Source: Flavobacteriales bacterium
GTDB taxonomy: Bacteria > Bacteroidota > Bacteroidia > Flavobacteriales_D > Parvicellaceae
Direction: 5' to 3'
Length of the DNA stretch: 64,000 nt
Assembly: GCA_029251405.1 (NCBI GenBank)
Contig: JAQXDK010000044.1
Coordinates: forward strand, 5,118-69,117
The first letter of the stretch is position 1. Each line of letters opens with the position of its first letter. The notes below the pieces were generated by a model. It was not told the origin of the DNA. It was given only the letters and a program-made list of their open reading frames with translations, and searched no databases. A program made the translations under genes and the position numbers. This document shows, piece by piece, positions 1 to 9,892 of the stretch.

Positions 1-1
1 T

Positions 2-1654
2 GAAGTAATTGAAAGAGGAGAAGCTTTCAGTTTTGATATTTATTTTTCTAAGAATGATCAACTGATTGAAAAGTACAATTACCAAATGGGATTAAAGTCT
101 GAGAGGAATATGGAAAATGAATCTTTTTCCTCTAAAGATGTAATTTACTTAATAACCCCTGACAGATTTTCCAATGGAGACAAGAACAATGATATTGTAA
201 AATCTTTAAAAGAACAAAAAATGAATCGTGAAGACCCCAGTGCTAGACACGGAGGAGATATTCAGGGAATTATTAACCATTTAGATTATATAGCCGAGAT
301 GGGTTTTACAGCAATTTGGTCTACACCATTACTAGAAAACAACATGAAAGAGCTTTCTTACCACGGTTATGCAATAACAGATCTATACAAGATTGACCCA
401 AGAATGGGAAGTAATGACTTGTACAAAGAATTAGCTCTTAAAGCGAAATCAAAGGGAATAAAACTTATCAAAGATGTTGTTTTAAACCATATTGGCTCAA
501 ATCATTGGTGGATGAATGACTTACCAGCAGAAAATTGGATAAATAACACTGCTAATTATGTAAATACTTCTCACACCAGAGAAGCTCTTCACGATCCATA
601 CTCTGTAGAAAAAGATGTTGTTGGATTTACAGACGGATGGTTTGTTAAACAAATGCCAGACCTCAACCAGAGGAATCCTTTTTTAGCTACTTATATCATT
701 CAAAATTCTTTGTGGTGGATTGAATATGCTCAATTATCAGGTTTCAGAGTAGACACATATTCTTACTCTGACAGAGTTTTTTTAAATTCTTGGAATAAAG
801 CGATTGATAACGAGTATCCTGGATTCAATATTGTTGGTGAGGAATGGACTACTGATAAATCCATTATTGGCCTTTGGCAAAAGCCAAATTTAATACAAAA
901 TGAGGCTGTATCAATAATTCAAAAACACTCATCTTTTATCCCTTCCTTAATGGATTTTCCACTTAACGAAGCTCTTGTAGAAGCTCTACAGCCTAAAGAC
1001 CAAAAATGGGATCATAAACTCTCTATTTTATACAGAAATATGGCGCAAGATTATCTATACCCTAAAGCTGATAATATGGTTGTTTTTTTAGACAATCACG
1101 ACATGAGTAGGGCATATTACCAATTAAAACACGATTTTAGTTATTGGAAAATGGCTCAAGCTTTTTTAATGACAACCAGAGGCATACCGCAAGTGTATTA
1201 CGGAACGGAAGTTTTACTTTCCGATAGTGTTAAACCTGGAGATCATGGCGTGCTTAGAGAAGATTTTCCCGGAGGTTGGGATACGGATGTAAAAAATGCA
1301 TTTTCTGGAAAAATGTCTGTGTTGCAAAATGATGCGCAAGTATTCTTAAAACAACTTTTAAACTGGCGTAAGAATTGTACTGCCATTCATAATGGGGCAT
1401 TGAGACACTTTGCTCCAACTTATGATAACGAAGTATATACAGTGGTTAGATATGATGAAAATAGTCTGGTGTTATTAGTTCTAAATAACGAAAAGGATAA
1501 CATCGAAATTATCCCCAACAATTACATTAATGAAATTGATTTTAAAAAGACAGCTACTAAAGCTAAAGTTATAATGACAAATAATTTTATAGATCTTAAT
1601 ACTAAAGTTTCTATAAATCCAAAAAACTTTTTACTACTAGAAATTGAGCTTTAA
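2..1654 (+). CDS. GH13 alpha-amylase / cyclomaltodextrinase-like glycoside hydrolase, 5' end probably cut by the window edge
   Basis: The frame is open from nt 2 (EVIERGEAFSFDIYF... precedes the listed Met at 86), so the true start likely lies upstream. The four GH13 conserved regions are visible: DVVLNHIG, GFRVDTYSY, VGEEW, FLDNHDMSR. Confidence 0.85.
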   Translation, partial: EVIERGEAFSFDIYFSKNDQLIEKYNYQMGLKSERNMENESFSSKDVIYLITPDRFSNGDKNNDIVKSLKEQKMNREDPSARHGGDIQGIINHLDYIAEMGFTAIWSTPLLENNMKELSYHGYAITDLYKIDPRMGSNDLYKELALKAKSKGIKLIKDVVLNHIGSNHWWMNDLPAENWINNTANYVNTSHTREALHDPYSVEKDVVGFTDGWFVKQMPDLNQRNPFLATYIIQNSLWWIEYAQLSGFRVDTYSYSDRVFLNSWNKAIDNEYPGFNIVGEEWTTDKSIIGLWQKPNLIQNEAVSIIQKHSSFIPSLMDFPLNEALVEALQPKDQKWDHKLSILYRNMAQDYLYPKADNMVVFLDNHDMSRAYYQLKHDFSYWKMAQAFLMTTRGIPQVYYGTEVLLSDSVKPGDHGVLREDFPGGWDTDVKNAFSGKMSVLQNDAQVFLKQLLNWRKNCTAIHNGALRHFAPTYDNEVYTVVRYDENSLVLLVLNNEKDNIEIIPNNYINEIDFKKTATKAKVIMTNNFIDLNTKVSINPKNFLLLEIEL

Positions 1655-4404
1655 ATTTTAATGAATTCTTTAGTTACTATTTGATTATTTTGTCTAATAA
1701 TTAAAAAATAATTTCCTTTTTTGAGGTTTTCTATATTTATATGATTTTCGTTTACTAATGGCTTTTCTGACAATACTATTTCTCCTTTTGTATTTACAAT
1801 AGCATAGCTTAAAGATTTATTACTTTTTGAATTGTGGCTTACTTTTATAAAATGGCTGCTTGGGTTAGGATATATATTTACTTCCCATTCTGCCATTTTA
1901 AATTCCTCAATATCTACGGTGTTTTGAATTACAGGTTGGTCTAATTTTACATCGGTATATATTCGATATTCACCTGGATTTAAAGTAATATTAGTGTTAC
2001 CTGTTATTTCAAGACTATCTCCAGTAAAGTATTCATACCACCAACCGTTATTTTGGAAGTAAAGAATTTTATCTTGACTATTTACATCAATATTTACAGC
2101 TACTAGTGCATTCATATTAGGGTTATTAAGTGTTAGTGTTTTTACAGCTCCATTCAAGCTGTAAGTAAAATCGTCTCCAGTAAACACCGGATGAGATTTC
2201 CTTAGATTGATGGTTGCTTTATAGACGTCGTAAAGTCTTTTCCTGCTATTTTCAGATAAATAGTTCCATAGTATGGGTTTGTTACAGATTCTACATGGGT
2301 AGTCAATCGAAATGTCATAACCCATTTCACCAAATTGCCAAATCATCTTTGGCCCCGGAGTAGTTAGCATTAAAACTGCTAATCCCTCTGTTCGCTCTAA
2401 TGCCTTAATAGGGTTTTTCGCATTTTGCGAACCATTGGTGTTTCCATAAGTTATGTTTTTGTACATGATTCTTTCTTCATCGTGACTCTCCATATAAGAT
2501 ATTAAGTGAGGATCGTTCCATAGTCTGTATTTGTAAACACCTCCAACGAGATTTGAATTTGCAGGGAACCCCATCGCTGATTCTTGATAGCCATGGGTAA
2601 CATTTCCCCAAAGCATCATTCCATAATTAGCTAATATTTTTTCTTCGTTATTTGCTGCCCAATGCTCTAATATCACATATGAATTTGGATGGACAGACCA
2701 AATAGTATCCGCCATTCTTTTTAATAAATCAATTCTATCGTCATCGTAGTTGTTAGAATTGTTACTAAAACCTTTAGTGAAATCGAACCTAAATCCATCT
2801 ATATGATATTCGTCCAGCCAAAAATGATTCACTCTATCGATAAAATTTCGTGTGGCTTGTGAAGAATGATCAAAATCGTATCCCCAACAATAAGGAGGGT
2901 GAGGACAAACTTCGTTAAACCACGGATTGTTTGCAGCAGGTCTGCTATTAATACCGTCCCAATAAAGGTTCACCATGGGACTTTGTCCAAATGCTTGATT
3001 AAAAACAATATCGTTAATTACTGCAATTCCTCTTCCGTGACACGAATCAACAAAAGTTTTAAAATGTTCAGGTGTTCCGTAATATTTATCTAACGCCATG
3101 TGAAAACTAGGATTATATCCCCAGCTTTCATTATTTTCAAATTCACTCGGTGGCATTAATTCTATAGCATTAATTCCTAGATTACTTAAATAATCCAAGG
3201 TATCTATTAGTGTTTTGTAACTGTGAGAAGCAACAAAATCTCTTACAAGAAGTTCATATATAATTAAATCTTTTTTTGCTGGTGGTGAAAAGTTTGTGTT
3301 TACCCAATTATAAGGTGTTTTCCCCGGCTCCATTACAGTAACAAAACCATTAGTTTTAGAACTTGGGTAGGGAATAGGATTTGGATAATTTAGGCTTCCA
3401 ATGTTTCCATCGTTATTAGGATCTAAAATTAATGGACTTAAGGGATCGGCAATTTTAATGATTCCATCAACTAAATACTGATAGGTGTATTTTTGACCTG
3501 GAATTAGATTCGAAATAGTTTTCCACCAATACAAGCTGTCAGTAGAAAGATTCATGAAAGAGTTGGAATTAACCATCCAATCATTATGATCTCCAATTAG
3601 ATTAACTGTGTTTTTTTCTGGAGCAAAGAATTTTAAAGTTACTGTAGAATCGTCAATATAATTAATTCCATCTACCAAATTAGAAGGTGGGTTGCTGAGG
3701 TTTAAAGAAGGGATAACTACATAATTAATAGTATCGTAAATAGTGGTATTACCGTCATTAGCTACAAATATTAACTCGTGGTCTCCAGGGTTATTAATAG
3801 AGATACTTTTATCTAAAGAATTACTGTTTACAGTATCTGCTATAAGAATACCGTTATCGTATAGCTCGAGCGTTGCTAATGAGTTAGCCTGACCATTGAA
3901 AGTAATAGTATCATATAAATTTACCAGTTGGTCGGAATAGGGTTTTATTATGGCCGCCTGAAAACCTCCATTTACAGGGTATATTGGGTAGAAGATGTCT
4001 CCCATTGTTGCAGTTTTACCTTCTAGTGAACCGTTGAAATTTCTAAAAACAAAAGCTAATTTAGCGACATTAGTTCCAGTAGGAAAACCGTAATATTGAT
4101 CTATGTCAATAATCAATTCATGAATATTATTTCCTAAATCAGTCATTAGGACATTAGTATCCGCTTGCCCCCAACTCCCCTGAGTATATGACCAAGAACT
4201 AGGTAAACCACTTTGGGTAACTACTCCGGTATGCGTATAAACAGGACTAACACCAACTAAACCTCCATTTCCTTGAGTTGCATCATATTGAACAGTTATT
4301 ACATCATTCACCGTTGGAAATGCTGGTGTAATTTGAATAATTTGAGAAAATCCAATATTACCTAAAAAAATAAAAGTGAATAAATAAATAAAATTAAGTT
4401 TCAT
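1651..4404 (-). CDS. Secreted GH13 alpha-glucan hydrolase (amylase/pullulanase-like) with N-terminal binding-like module, CBM48/E-set-like domain and T9SS C-terminal sorting domain
   Basis: Signal peptide MKLNFIYLFTFIFLGNIGFSQ. E-set-like stretch VTLKFFAPEKNTVNLIGDHNDW...YQYLVDG. GH13 motifs GINAIELMP, DIVFNQA, GFRFDFTKG, ILEHW, MESHDEER. C-terminus NIYPNPSSHFIKV...NYFLIIRQNNQIVTKEFIKI is typical of a type-A T9SS CTD. Confidence 0.85.
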   Translation of the reverse strand: MKLNFIYLFTFIFLGNIGFSQIIQITPAFPTVNDVITVQYDATQGNGGLVGVSPVYTHTGVVTQSGLPSSWSYTQGSWGQADTNVLMTDLGNNIHELIIDIDQYYGFPTGTNVAKLAFVFRNFNGSLEGKTATMGDIFYPIYPVNGGFQAAIIKPYSDQLVNLYDTITFNGQANSLATLELYDNGILIADTVNSNSLDKSISINNPGDHELIFVANDGNTTIYDTINYVVIPSLNLSNPPSNLVDGINYIDDSTVTLKFFAPEKNTVNLIGDHNDWMVNSNSFMNLSTDSLYWWKTISNLIPGQKYTYQYLVDGIIKIADPLSPLILDPNNDGNIGSLNYPNPIPYPSSKTNGFVTVMEPGKTPYNWVNTNFSPPAKKDLIIYELLVRDFVASHSYKTLIDTLDYLSNLGINAIELMPPSEFENNESWGYNPSFHMALDKYYGTPEHFKTFVDSCHGRGIAVINDIVFNQAFGQSPMVNLYWDGINSRPAANNPWFNEVCPHPPYCWGYDFDHSSQATRNFIDRVNHFWLDEYHIDGFRFDFTKGFSNNSNNYDDDRIDLLKRMADTIWSVHPNSYVILEHWAANNEEKILANYGMMLWGNVTHGYQESAMGFPANSNLVGGVYKYRLWNDPHLISYMESHDEERIMYKNITYGNTNGSQNAKNPIKALERTEGLAVLMLTTPGPKMIWQFGEMGYDISIDYPCRICNKPILWNYLSENSRKRLYDVYKATINLRKSHPVFTGDDFTYSLNGAVKTLTLNNPNMNALVAVNIDVNSQDKILYFQNNGWWYEYFTGDSLEITGNTNITLNPGEYRIYTDVKLDQPVIQNTVDIEEFKMAEWEVNIYPNPSSHFIKVSHNSKSNKSLSYAIVNTKGEIVLSEKPLVNENHINIENLKKGNYFLIIRQNNQIVTKEFIKI

Positions 4405-4415
4405 AAGTGAAATTT

Positions 4416-4442
4416 ATAAAAAAAGCCCCCGAAGGAGCTTTT
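4416..4442 (-). terminator. Rho-independent terminator candidate after the 240-aa gene
   Basis: Minus-strand RNA reads AAGCUCC-UUCG-GGGGCUU followed by a U-run (UUUUUAUAAA). The C-A mismatch seen on the plus strand becomes a G-U wobble on the minus strand, which favours minus-strand function. Confidence 0.5.
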
Positions 4443-4463
4443 GTTATATTATTGATTAAATAA

Positions 4464-5186
4464 TTATTTTACAATTAATTTACCAGCGTTTACTTCATCT
4501 CCTGAAGCAACTTGAAATATATAAATTCCAGAATTTAAAGTAGATGTATTGTAGGAAATAGAATGAACTCCTTTAGTCATGTAACTATTGCTTACATTAT
4601 CTATTAACTTACCAGTTAAATCAAATAGATTAATTCTAACTTCTTTACTATTTCTTAAAATAATATTAAAGTTGGTATTTTCATTTGCAGGATTAGGAGC
4701 AACAGTCACGATGTCGTTTAATACAACTTCATTTACATTAGTAGCGCAAGGAGATAATGCAGCAATATCCACCATGAAGTCAGCACAGCCACCCGCACCA
4801 TCATCATCTTTTCCTTCACTAGCCCAAGCTCCAGCAGGATCAGTTGGTCCCATATTGTAAACAAAGTGTACAGTAGAAGCAGCTACACCATAATAGGCAG
4901 AAGGATCAAAAGTAACTGTGTAAACGTCAGCTCCGTCATTACTAGCTTGTAAAGCTGTTGGAGCATCCCAATCAATTACTGTAGACCAAGAGTCAGCTCC
5001 AGAATGAAAGCCAATAGTAGCCATTCCTGATAAACTTCCTGGTGCAGCAGCACAATTATAGGAGTTGTCAAAGGAAATGCTTAAGTCACTACCATTTAAA
5101 CAGGCACTAATTGCAGCATTATTCTGAGCATTAATCCCTAAGGAGATGCAGCAAAAAGAGAAAAGTGTTACGTATATTTTTTTCAT
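4464..5186 (-). CDS. Secreted non-catalytic T9SS cargo protein, candidate glycan-binding surface protein
   Basis: Signal peptide MKKIYVTLFSFCCISLGINAQ. About 130 aa resemble the N-terminal module of the neighbouring 917-aa GH13 (SWS..W...YYG...FV[YF]N...EGK). C-terminal VAPNPANENTNFNI...GIYIFQV...GKLIVK is a type-A T9SS CTD. No hydrolase motifs. Confidence 0.7.
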   Translation of the reverse strand: MKKIYVTLFSFCCISLGINAQNNAAISACLNGSDLSISFDNSYNCAAAPGSLSGMATIGFHSGADSWSTVIDWDAPTALQASNDGADVYTVTFDPSAYYGVAASTVHFVYNMGPTDPAGAWASEGKDDDGAGGCADFMVDIAALSPCATNVNEVVLNDIVTVAPNPANENTNFNIILRNSKEVRINLFDLTGKLIDNVSNSYMTKGVHSISYNTSTLNSGIYIFQVASGDEVNAGKLIVK

Positions 5187-5228
5187 AATTTATAATTTAA
5201 TTTTACACTAATTTAAAAAAAAAATAAC

Positions 5229-5250
5229 TTAACGTTAAAATGACGTTAAA
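5229..5250. promoter_or_regulatory. Candidate operator in the divergent PUL promoter region
   Basis: Perfect 10-bp palindrome TTAACGTTAA (5229-5238). ACGTTAAA recurs 11 bp later (5243-5250, within TGACGTTAAA). These are the only CG-containing motifs in an otherwise A/T-only intergenic region. Confidence 0.3.
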
Positions 5251-5257
5251 AAAATTT

Positions 5258-5265
5258 TAAATTTG
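5258..5265 (+). promoter_or_regulatory. Bacteroidota -7 promoter box for susC
   Basis: TAAATTTG matches the TAnnTTTG consensus, 28 nt upstream of the ATG at 5293. It overlaps the alternative TTG start at 5263, which argues against that start. Confidence 0.45.
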
Positions 5266-5292
5266 GTTTGTTGTTATTTAATCCCAATTGAT

Positions 5293-8262
5293 ATGAATTT
5301 TAATTTATTTAAAAATATTTTTTTTATTACTTGTTTTTTATTCTCTTCTTTTACTTACAGTCAATTTTCTATTTCAGGAAAAATAGTAGATCAAGATGGT
5401 GAAGCTCTTGTAGGCGCAACGGTGTATGTTATGGAACTTAGTACAGGTTCTTCAACTGATATTGGGGGTAATTATCTGATTGCAAACATTGAAAAAGGAA
5501 ATTATTCAATTGTTTTTTCTGCGGTTGGCTACAAAAAAATAAAAGAAACTATTGCTATTAATTCAAACGTCATCAAAAATTTTACTTTATCAGAAGATGC
5601 TCTTTTATTAGATGAGGCAGTAGTAATTGGTTATGGAACAGCAAGGACTAAAGATTTAACTGGATCTGCTGCAATTATAAGAAGTGAAGACTTTAACAAA
5701 GGTTCTGTTACCACACCAGAACAATTAGTAATGGGGAAAGTTCCAGGAGTAAAAATTAATTCTAACAACGGAGCTCCAGGTTCAGGTAGTACTATAAGAA
5801 TTAGAGGAGGTACTTCAATAAATGCAAGTAATGATCCATTAATTGTGATCGATGGGGTTCCATTGGATAACGGAGGAATAGCAGGTTCTGCCAATCCATT
5901 AAACCTAATCAATCCAAATGATATTGAAACATTTGTTGTTTTAAAAGATGCTTCAGCAACTGCAATATATGGATCTAGAGGTGCAAATGGAGTAATTTTG
6001 ATAACTACTAAAAGGGGAAAAGGTGATGATATTAATGTCAGTTTTACAACAAATAACTCATTATCTTCAGTTGTCAAGTATACTGATGTATTAAGTGCTG
6101 CTGATTACAGTGATGTTGTTAATGAATTTGGTTCCCAAACTCAAATAGATAAACTGGGAGATTCCAGTACTAATTGGCAAGAAAAAATATATAGAATGGC
6201 TTACATTAATGAGAATAATGTTTCTGTTTCAGGAGGATTGAAAGGAGTTCCATTTAGATTTTCAGCAGGAAATAAACATGAAGAAGGTCTTCTTAAAAGG
6301 CACAAATTAGACAGGTATTCTACTTCTTTAAATTTGTCACCTAAATTTTTTAAAAATCAAATTGCTTTGGATGTGAATTCAAGATATGTAAGAACTGATA
6401 ATTTTTTTACTGATCAAAGTGCCATTTGGGCTGCTACTCAATTTGATCCAACTATGCCGGTCTACAGTGGCGATACTGCATATGGTGGATATTATGAAAC
6501 ACTTTTTACTGCAGGTGGGAACTCTGGAAAACCTGTTCCATTAGCTATTAGGAATCCACTAGGAATTGTAAATCAAAAAGAGGATGTTAGTGAGGTCAAT
6601 AGATTTATTGGTAATGCTAAAGTAACATATAGTCCAAATTCAATTCCTGAACTTAAAGCAGTTTTAAATGTTGGTACAGATATTGTTAACTCTAACGGAT
6701 CTGTTTCTATACCTGAATATGCAGCATCTAATTTTCAAAATGGGGGTTTTAAAACTCAATATGAAATGGAGAAATCCAATCAATTAATTGAAGGGTTTTT
6801 AAATTATTCTAACTCAGAAAAAGCCTTGAAACATAGATTGGATGTGACTGGTGGATATTCATTTCAAGAATGGTCTACTAAAAGTCCTTCTTATCCAGGG
6901 CTTAATATAGCAGGAGACACATTAAATGCACCAGGAATTCCTACAGAGACAAAAAATGCATTACTTTCCTTTTATTCAAGAGGTATTTATTCTTATGCTG
7001 ATAAATATATTGTTACAGCAACCATGAGAAGAGACGGTTCTTCAAGGTTTAGTCCTGAAAATAGATGGGGCTGGTTTCCATCTGTTTCTGCTGCTTGGAT
7101 TATTAGCGAAGAATCTTTTTTGAAAGATGCAGATTTCCTTACCTATTTTAAGGCAAGAGTAGGGTATGGTATCACGGGGCAACAAGATATTTTTTACGAT
7201 TACCCTTATATTGCTAACTACCAAGAAGGTTCTATAACTGCTCAATATCAGTTTGGTAATCAATTTGTAAGTACATTAAGACCTGATGGTTACGATTACA
7301 ATATAAAGTGGGAAACAACATCAAGCACGAATATTGGAATTGATTTCGGAATGTTGAATGATAAAATAAGTGGGTCTTTTGACTATTATTTAAAAGAAAC
7401 ATCAGATTTATTAGCAACTGTGCCAGTAGTTGCTGGAACCAACTTCACCAACTTCATTTTAACTAATGTTGGTAGCATGAAAAATGAGGGTATGGAAATA
7501 AATCTAAATTTAGGATTATTAAAAAATGCAACTACAAGTATAGATTTAGGTTTAAATGCAACCTACAATAAAAATACTGTGACTGGATTGTCATTAGTCC
7601 CCGACACCAGTTCTATAGGAATTCAAGTTGGCGGTATTTCTGGAGGAATTGGAAACACAGCGCAAATACACACAGTTGGGCACCCTACCTTTACATATTT
7701 TTTCTATGAATCAACTTATAACGCTGATGGTAGTCCAATAGAAGATCAATTTATTGATCAAAATAACGATAGTATTATCAATATTGATGATAGAGTAAGA
7801 TCAGGTAATCCAAATCCAAATTGGTTTTTAGGAGCTAATTTAAACGCATCTTATAAAAATTGGTTTCTAGGTACTTCTATGAGAGCTGAACTCGGTGCTT
7901 ATGTTTATAATAATTTAGCTTCAAATTATGGTAATTTACAAGCTGGAAATTCAACGTTTAACTCTTCAAATATTCATGCTAGTTTTTTAGAAACCAATTT
8001 TCAAGGAAATTCTAACGAGCAATTATTAAGTAATTACTTCCTTGAAAAAGCAAATTTTTTGAGAATGGATTATTTTACTTTTGGTTATAATTTTAAAAAT
8101 ATGTTGTCTGATAAGTTTAGTTTAAATGCGGCTTTTACAATAAATAATGTTTTTGTTTTAACTAAATATTCTGGAATGGATCCAGAGGTTGTTGGAGGTA
8201 TCGATAATAATATTTATCCAAGACCTAGAATTTATTCCTTAAACCTAACCTTTGACTTTTAA
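5293..8262 (+). CDS. susC: SusC/RagA-family TonB-dependent outer-membrane transporter
   Basis: Start moved to ATG 5293 (MNFNLFKNIFFITCFLFSSFTYSQ signal). N-terminal carboxypeptidase-regulatory-like domain (ISGKIVDQDGEALVGATVYV), plug motifs (VVIGYGT, DPLIVIDGVP, ATAIYGSRGANGVILITTKRG). About 990 aa, followed directly by a SusD-like gene. Confidence 0.9.
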   Translation: MNFNLFKNIFFITCFLFSSFTYSQFSISGKIVDQDGEALVGATVYVMELSTGSSTDIGGNYLIANIEKGNYSIVFSAVGYKKIKETIAINSNVIKNFTLSEDALLLDEAVVIGYGTARTKDLTGSAAIIRSEDFNKGSVTTPEQLVMGKVPGVKINSNNGAPGSGSTIRIRGGTSINASNDPLIVIDGVPLDNGGIAGSANPLNLINPNDIETFVVLKDASATAIYGSRGANGVILITTKRGKGDDINVSFTTNNSLSSVVKYTDVLSAADYSDVVNEFGSQTQIDKLGDSSTNWQEKIYRMAYINENNVSVSGGLKGVPFRFSAGNKHEEGLLKRHKLDRYSTSLNLSPKFFKNQIALDVNSRYVRTDNFFTDQSAIWAATQFDPTMPVYSGDTAYGGYYETLFTAGGNSGKPVPLAIRNPLGIVNQKEDVSEVNRFIGNAKVTYSPNSIPELKAVLNVGTDIVNSNGSVSIPEYAASNFQNGGFKTQYEMEKSNQLIEGFLNYSNSEKALKHRLDVTGGYSFQEWSTKSPSYPGLNIAGDTLNAPGIPTETKNALLSFYSRGIYSYADKYIVTATMRRDGSSRFSPENRWGWFPSVSAAWIISEESFLKDADFLTYFKARVGYGITGQQDIFYDYPYIANYQEGSITAQYQFGNQFVSTLRPDGYDYNIKWETTSSTNIGIDFGMLNDKISGSFDYYLKETSDLLATVPVVAGTNFTNFILTNVGSMKNEGMEINLNLGLLKNATTSIDLGLNATYNKNTVTGLSLVPDTSSIGIQVGGISGGIGNTAQIHTVGHPTFTYFFYESTYNADGSPIEDQFIDQNNDSIINIDDRVRSGNPNPNWFLGANLNASYKNWFLGTSMRAELGAYVYNNLASNYGNLQAGNSTFNSSNIHASFLETNFQGNSNEQLLSNYFLEKANFLRMDYFTFGYNFKNMLSDKFSLNAAFTINNVFVLTKYSGMDPEVVGGIDNNIYPRPRIYSLNLTFDF

Positions 8263-8272
8263 TTTAAATATT

Positions 8273-9892
8273 ATGAATTATTTTAAAAAAATAAACTACC
8301 TATTTTTAATTACTTCAACAGTAATGGTTTTTTCATGTTCTAAAAGACTTGATTTAGAACCGCCTATAGGACTTTCATCTGTAGATGTTTATAAAGATGC
8401 CAATAATTATGAAAAAGTGATTGCAAAATTATATGCTGGTATGTCTTTGTCTGGACTTCATGGCCCTTCAGGGAATCCTGATATTGCTGGAATTGATGAA
8501 GGTTTTTCACAGTACATAAGAGTTTTATGGAATTTACAAGAGCTTCCAACAGACCATGCAATTTGTAGATGGAACGATGTTGGAATTCCTGAAATGTGTA
8601 AAATGGAATGGAGTGCGGATAACTCTTTTGTAAAAGCCATGTATTCTAGAATATATTTTCAAATCCCTATTGCCAATGTTTTTATTAAAGAATCTACCGA
8701 TGAGAGTATGGATGAGAAAGGATTTAGTGAGGAACAACAATCAACAATAAGAATTTATAGAGCAGAAGCTAGATTTTTAAGAGCCTTGAGTTATTATCAT
8801 GCCATGGATTTATTTGGAAATGTTCCATTTGTTGATGAAACTACTCCAATTGGGGTTTTTTATCCTGAGCAAAAGATGAGACCAGAACTGTTCAATTGGA
8901 TAGAGTCTGAGCTGAAGGCAATAGAAAATAGTTTATTAGATGCCAACCAAATCCCTTATGGTAGAGCTAGTAAATCAGCTGCTCAGTCATTACTTGCAAA
9001 AATGTATTTGAACGCAGAAGTATATACTTCCAATTCAAAATGGTCTGAATGTATTGACTATTGCAATAAAGTTATAAACGATGGTGGATTTTCTTTAGAC
9101 GACAATTATTCAGAATTATTTATGGCAGATAACCATACTTCACCAGAAATTATTTTCCCAATTTGTTTTGACGGTCAATACACACAAACGTGGGGAGGAA
9201 CAACATTTTTAATATGTGCTGCACTAGGAAGTACTATGGATGCTAGTGATTACGGTATGAATAATGGTTGGAATGGTTTAAGAGCTACACCAACATTTGT
9301 CAATATTTTCACTGATTCAACTCTTGATACAAGATGGAAATTTCATACTTCTGGTGAAAAGGTAATTCTGGGAGATACTACTACTGTTTATCAAGATGTG
9401 AATATAGGTGAAGTGTTAACCAACTGCCCCGATACAAGTGGATACTTAGTAGGTAAGTTTAGTAATATTGATCAAATGGGAAACCCTGGGTCACATGTTT
9501 CTTTAACTCATTCCGATACCGATTTCCCCATGTTTAGATTAGCTGATATATATTTAATGTTAGCTGAGGCATCACTTAATAATGGTGATCAAGGAACTGC
9601 TTTAACTTACATGAATTTTTTAAGAGAAAGAGCATATGGGAATTCAAATTTTAATTTTTCCACTGTTAATTTAGAGGATGTATTAAATGAGAGAAGTAAA
9701 GAATTGTATTGGGAGTGCACGAGAAGAACAGACTTAATTAGACATAATAAGTACACAACTTCAGATTTATTATGGTCGTTTAAAGGGGGTGAAATTAATG
9801 GCATGGGTGTAGACGAGTACAGAAATATATATCCTCTTCCGACTTATGACATTGTAAACAATCCGAATTTAGAACAGAATCTTGGCTATTAA
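8273..9892 (+). CDS. susD: SusD/RagB-family nutrient-binding outer-membrane lipoprotein
   Basis: Start at ATG 8273 (MNYFKKINYLFLITSTVMVFSC lipobox). The position right after susC, its length, and TPR-like SusD signatures (RAEARFLRALSYYHAMDLFGNVPF, RLADIYLMLAEA, ERSKELYWECTRRTDLIR) support the call. Confidence 0.85.
   Translation: MNYFKKINYLFLITSTVMVFSCSKRLDLEPPIGLSSVDVYKDANNYEKVIAKLYAGMSLSGLHGPSGNPDIAGIDEGFSQYIRVLWNLQELPTDHAICRWNDVGIPEMCKMEWSADNSFVKAMYSRIYFQIPIANVFIKESTDESMDEKGFSEEQQSTIRIYRAEARFLRALSYYHAMDLFGNVPFVDETTPIGVFYPEQKMRPELFNWIESELKAIENSLLDANQIPYGRASKSAAQSLLAKMYLNAEVYTSNSKWSECIDYCNKVINDGGFSLDDNYSELFMADNHTSPEIIFPICFDGQYTQTWGGTTFLICAALGSTMDASDYGMNNGWNGLRATPTFVNIFTDSTLDTRWKFHTSGEKVILGDTTTVYQDVNIGEVLTNCPDTSGYLVGKFSNIDQMGNPGSHVSLTHSDTDFPMFRLADIYLMLAEASLNNGDQGTALTYMNFLRERAYGNSNFNFSTVNLEDVLNERSKELYWECTRRTDLIRHNKYTTSDLLWSFKGGEINGMGVDEYRNIYPLPTYDIVNNPNLEQNLGY

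Noticed and set aside
4588-4860. 90-aa plus-strand ORF antisense to the 240-aa T9SS protein.
   Set aside because: It is a consequence of the locally GC- and Ala/Gly-rich coding strand. The minus-strand product has a signal peptide and a T9SS CTD, and the plus-strand product has neither.
5631-6077. 148-aa minus-strand ORF inside susC. Similar antisense ORFs occur at 2866-3093, 7042-7417, 8364-8740, 10577-10845 and 20473-22038.
   Set aside because: These lie entirely within well-supported genes on the opposite strand, show low-complexity translations and have no start-site context. They are shadow ORFs.
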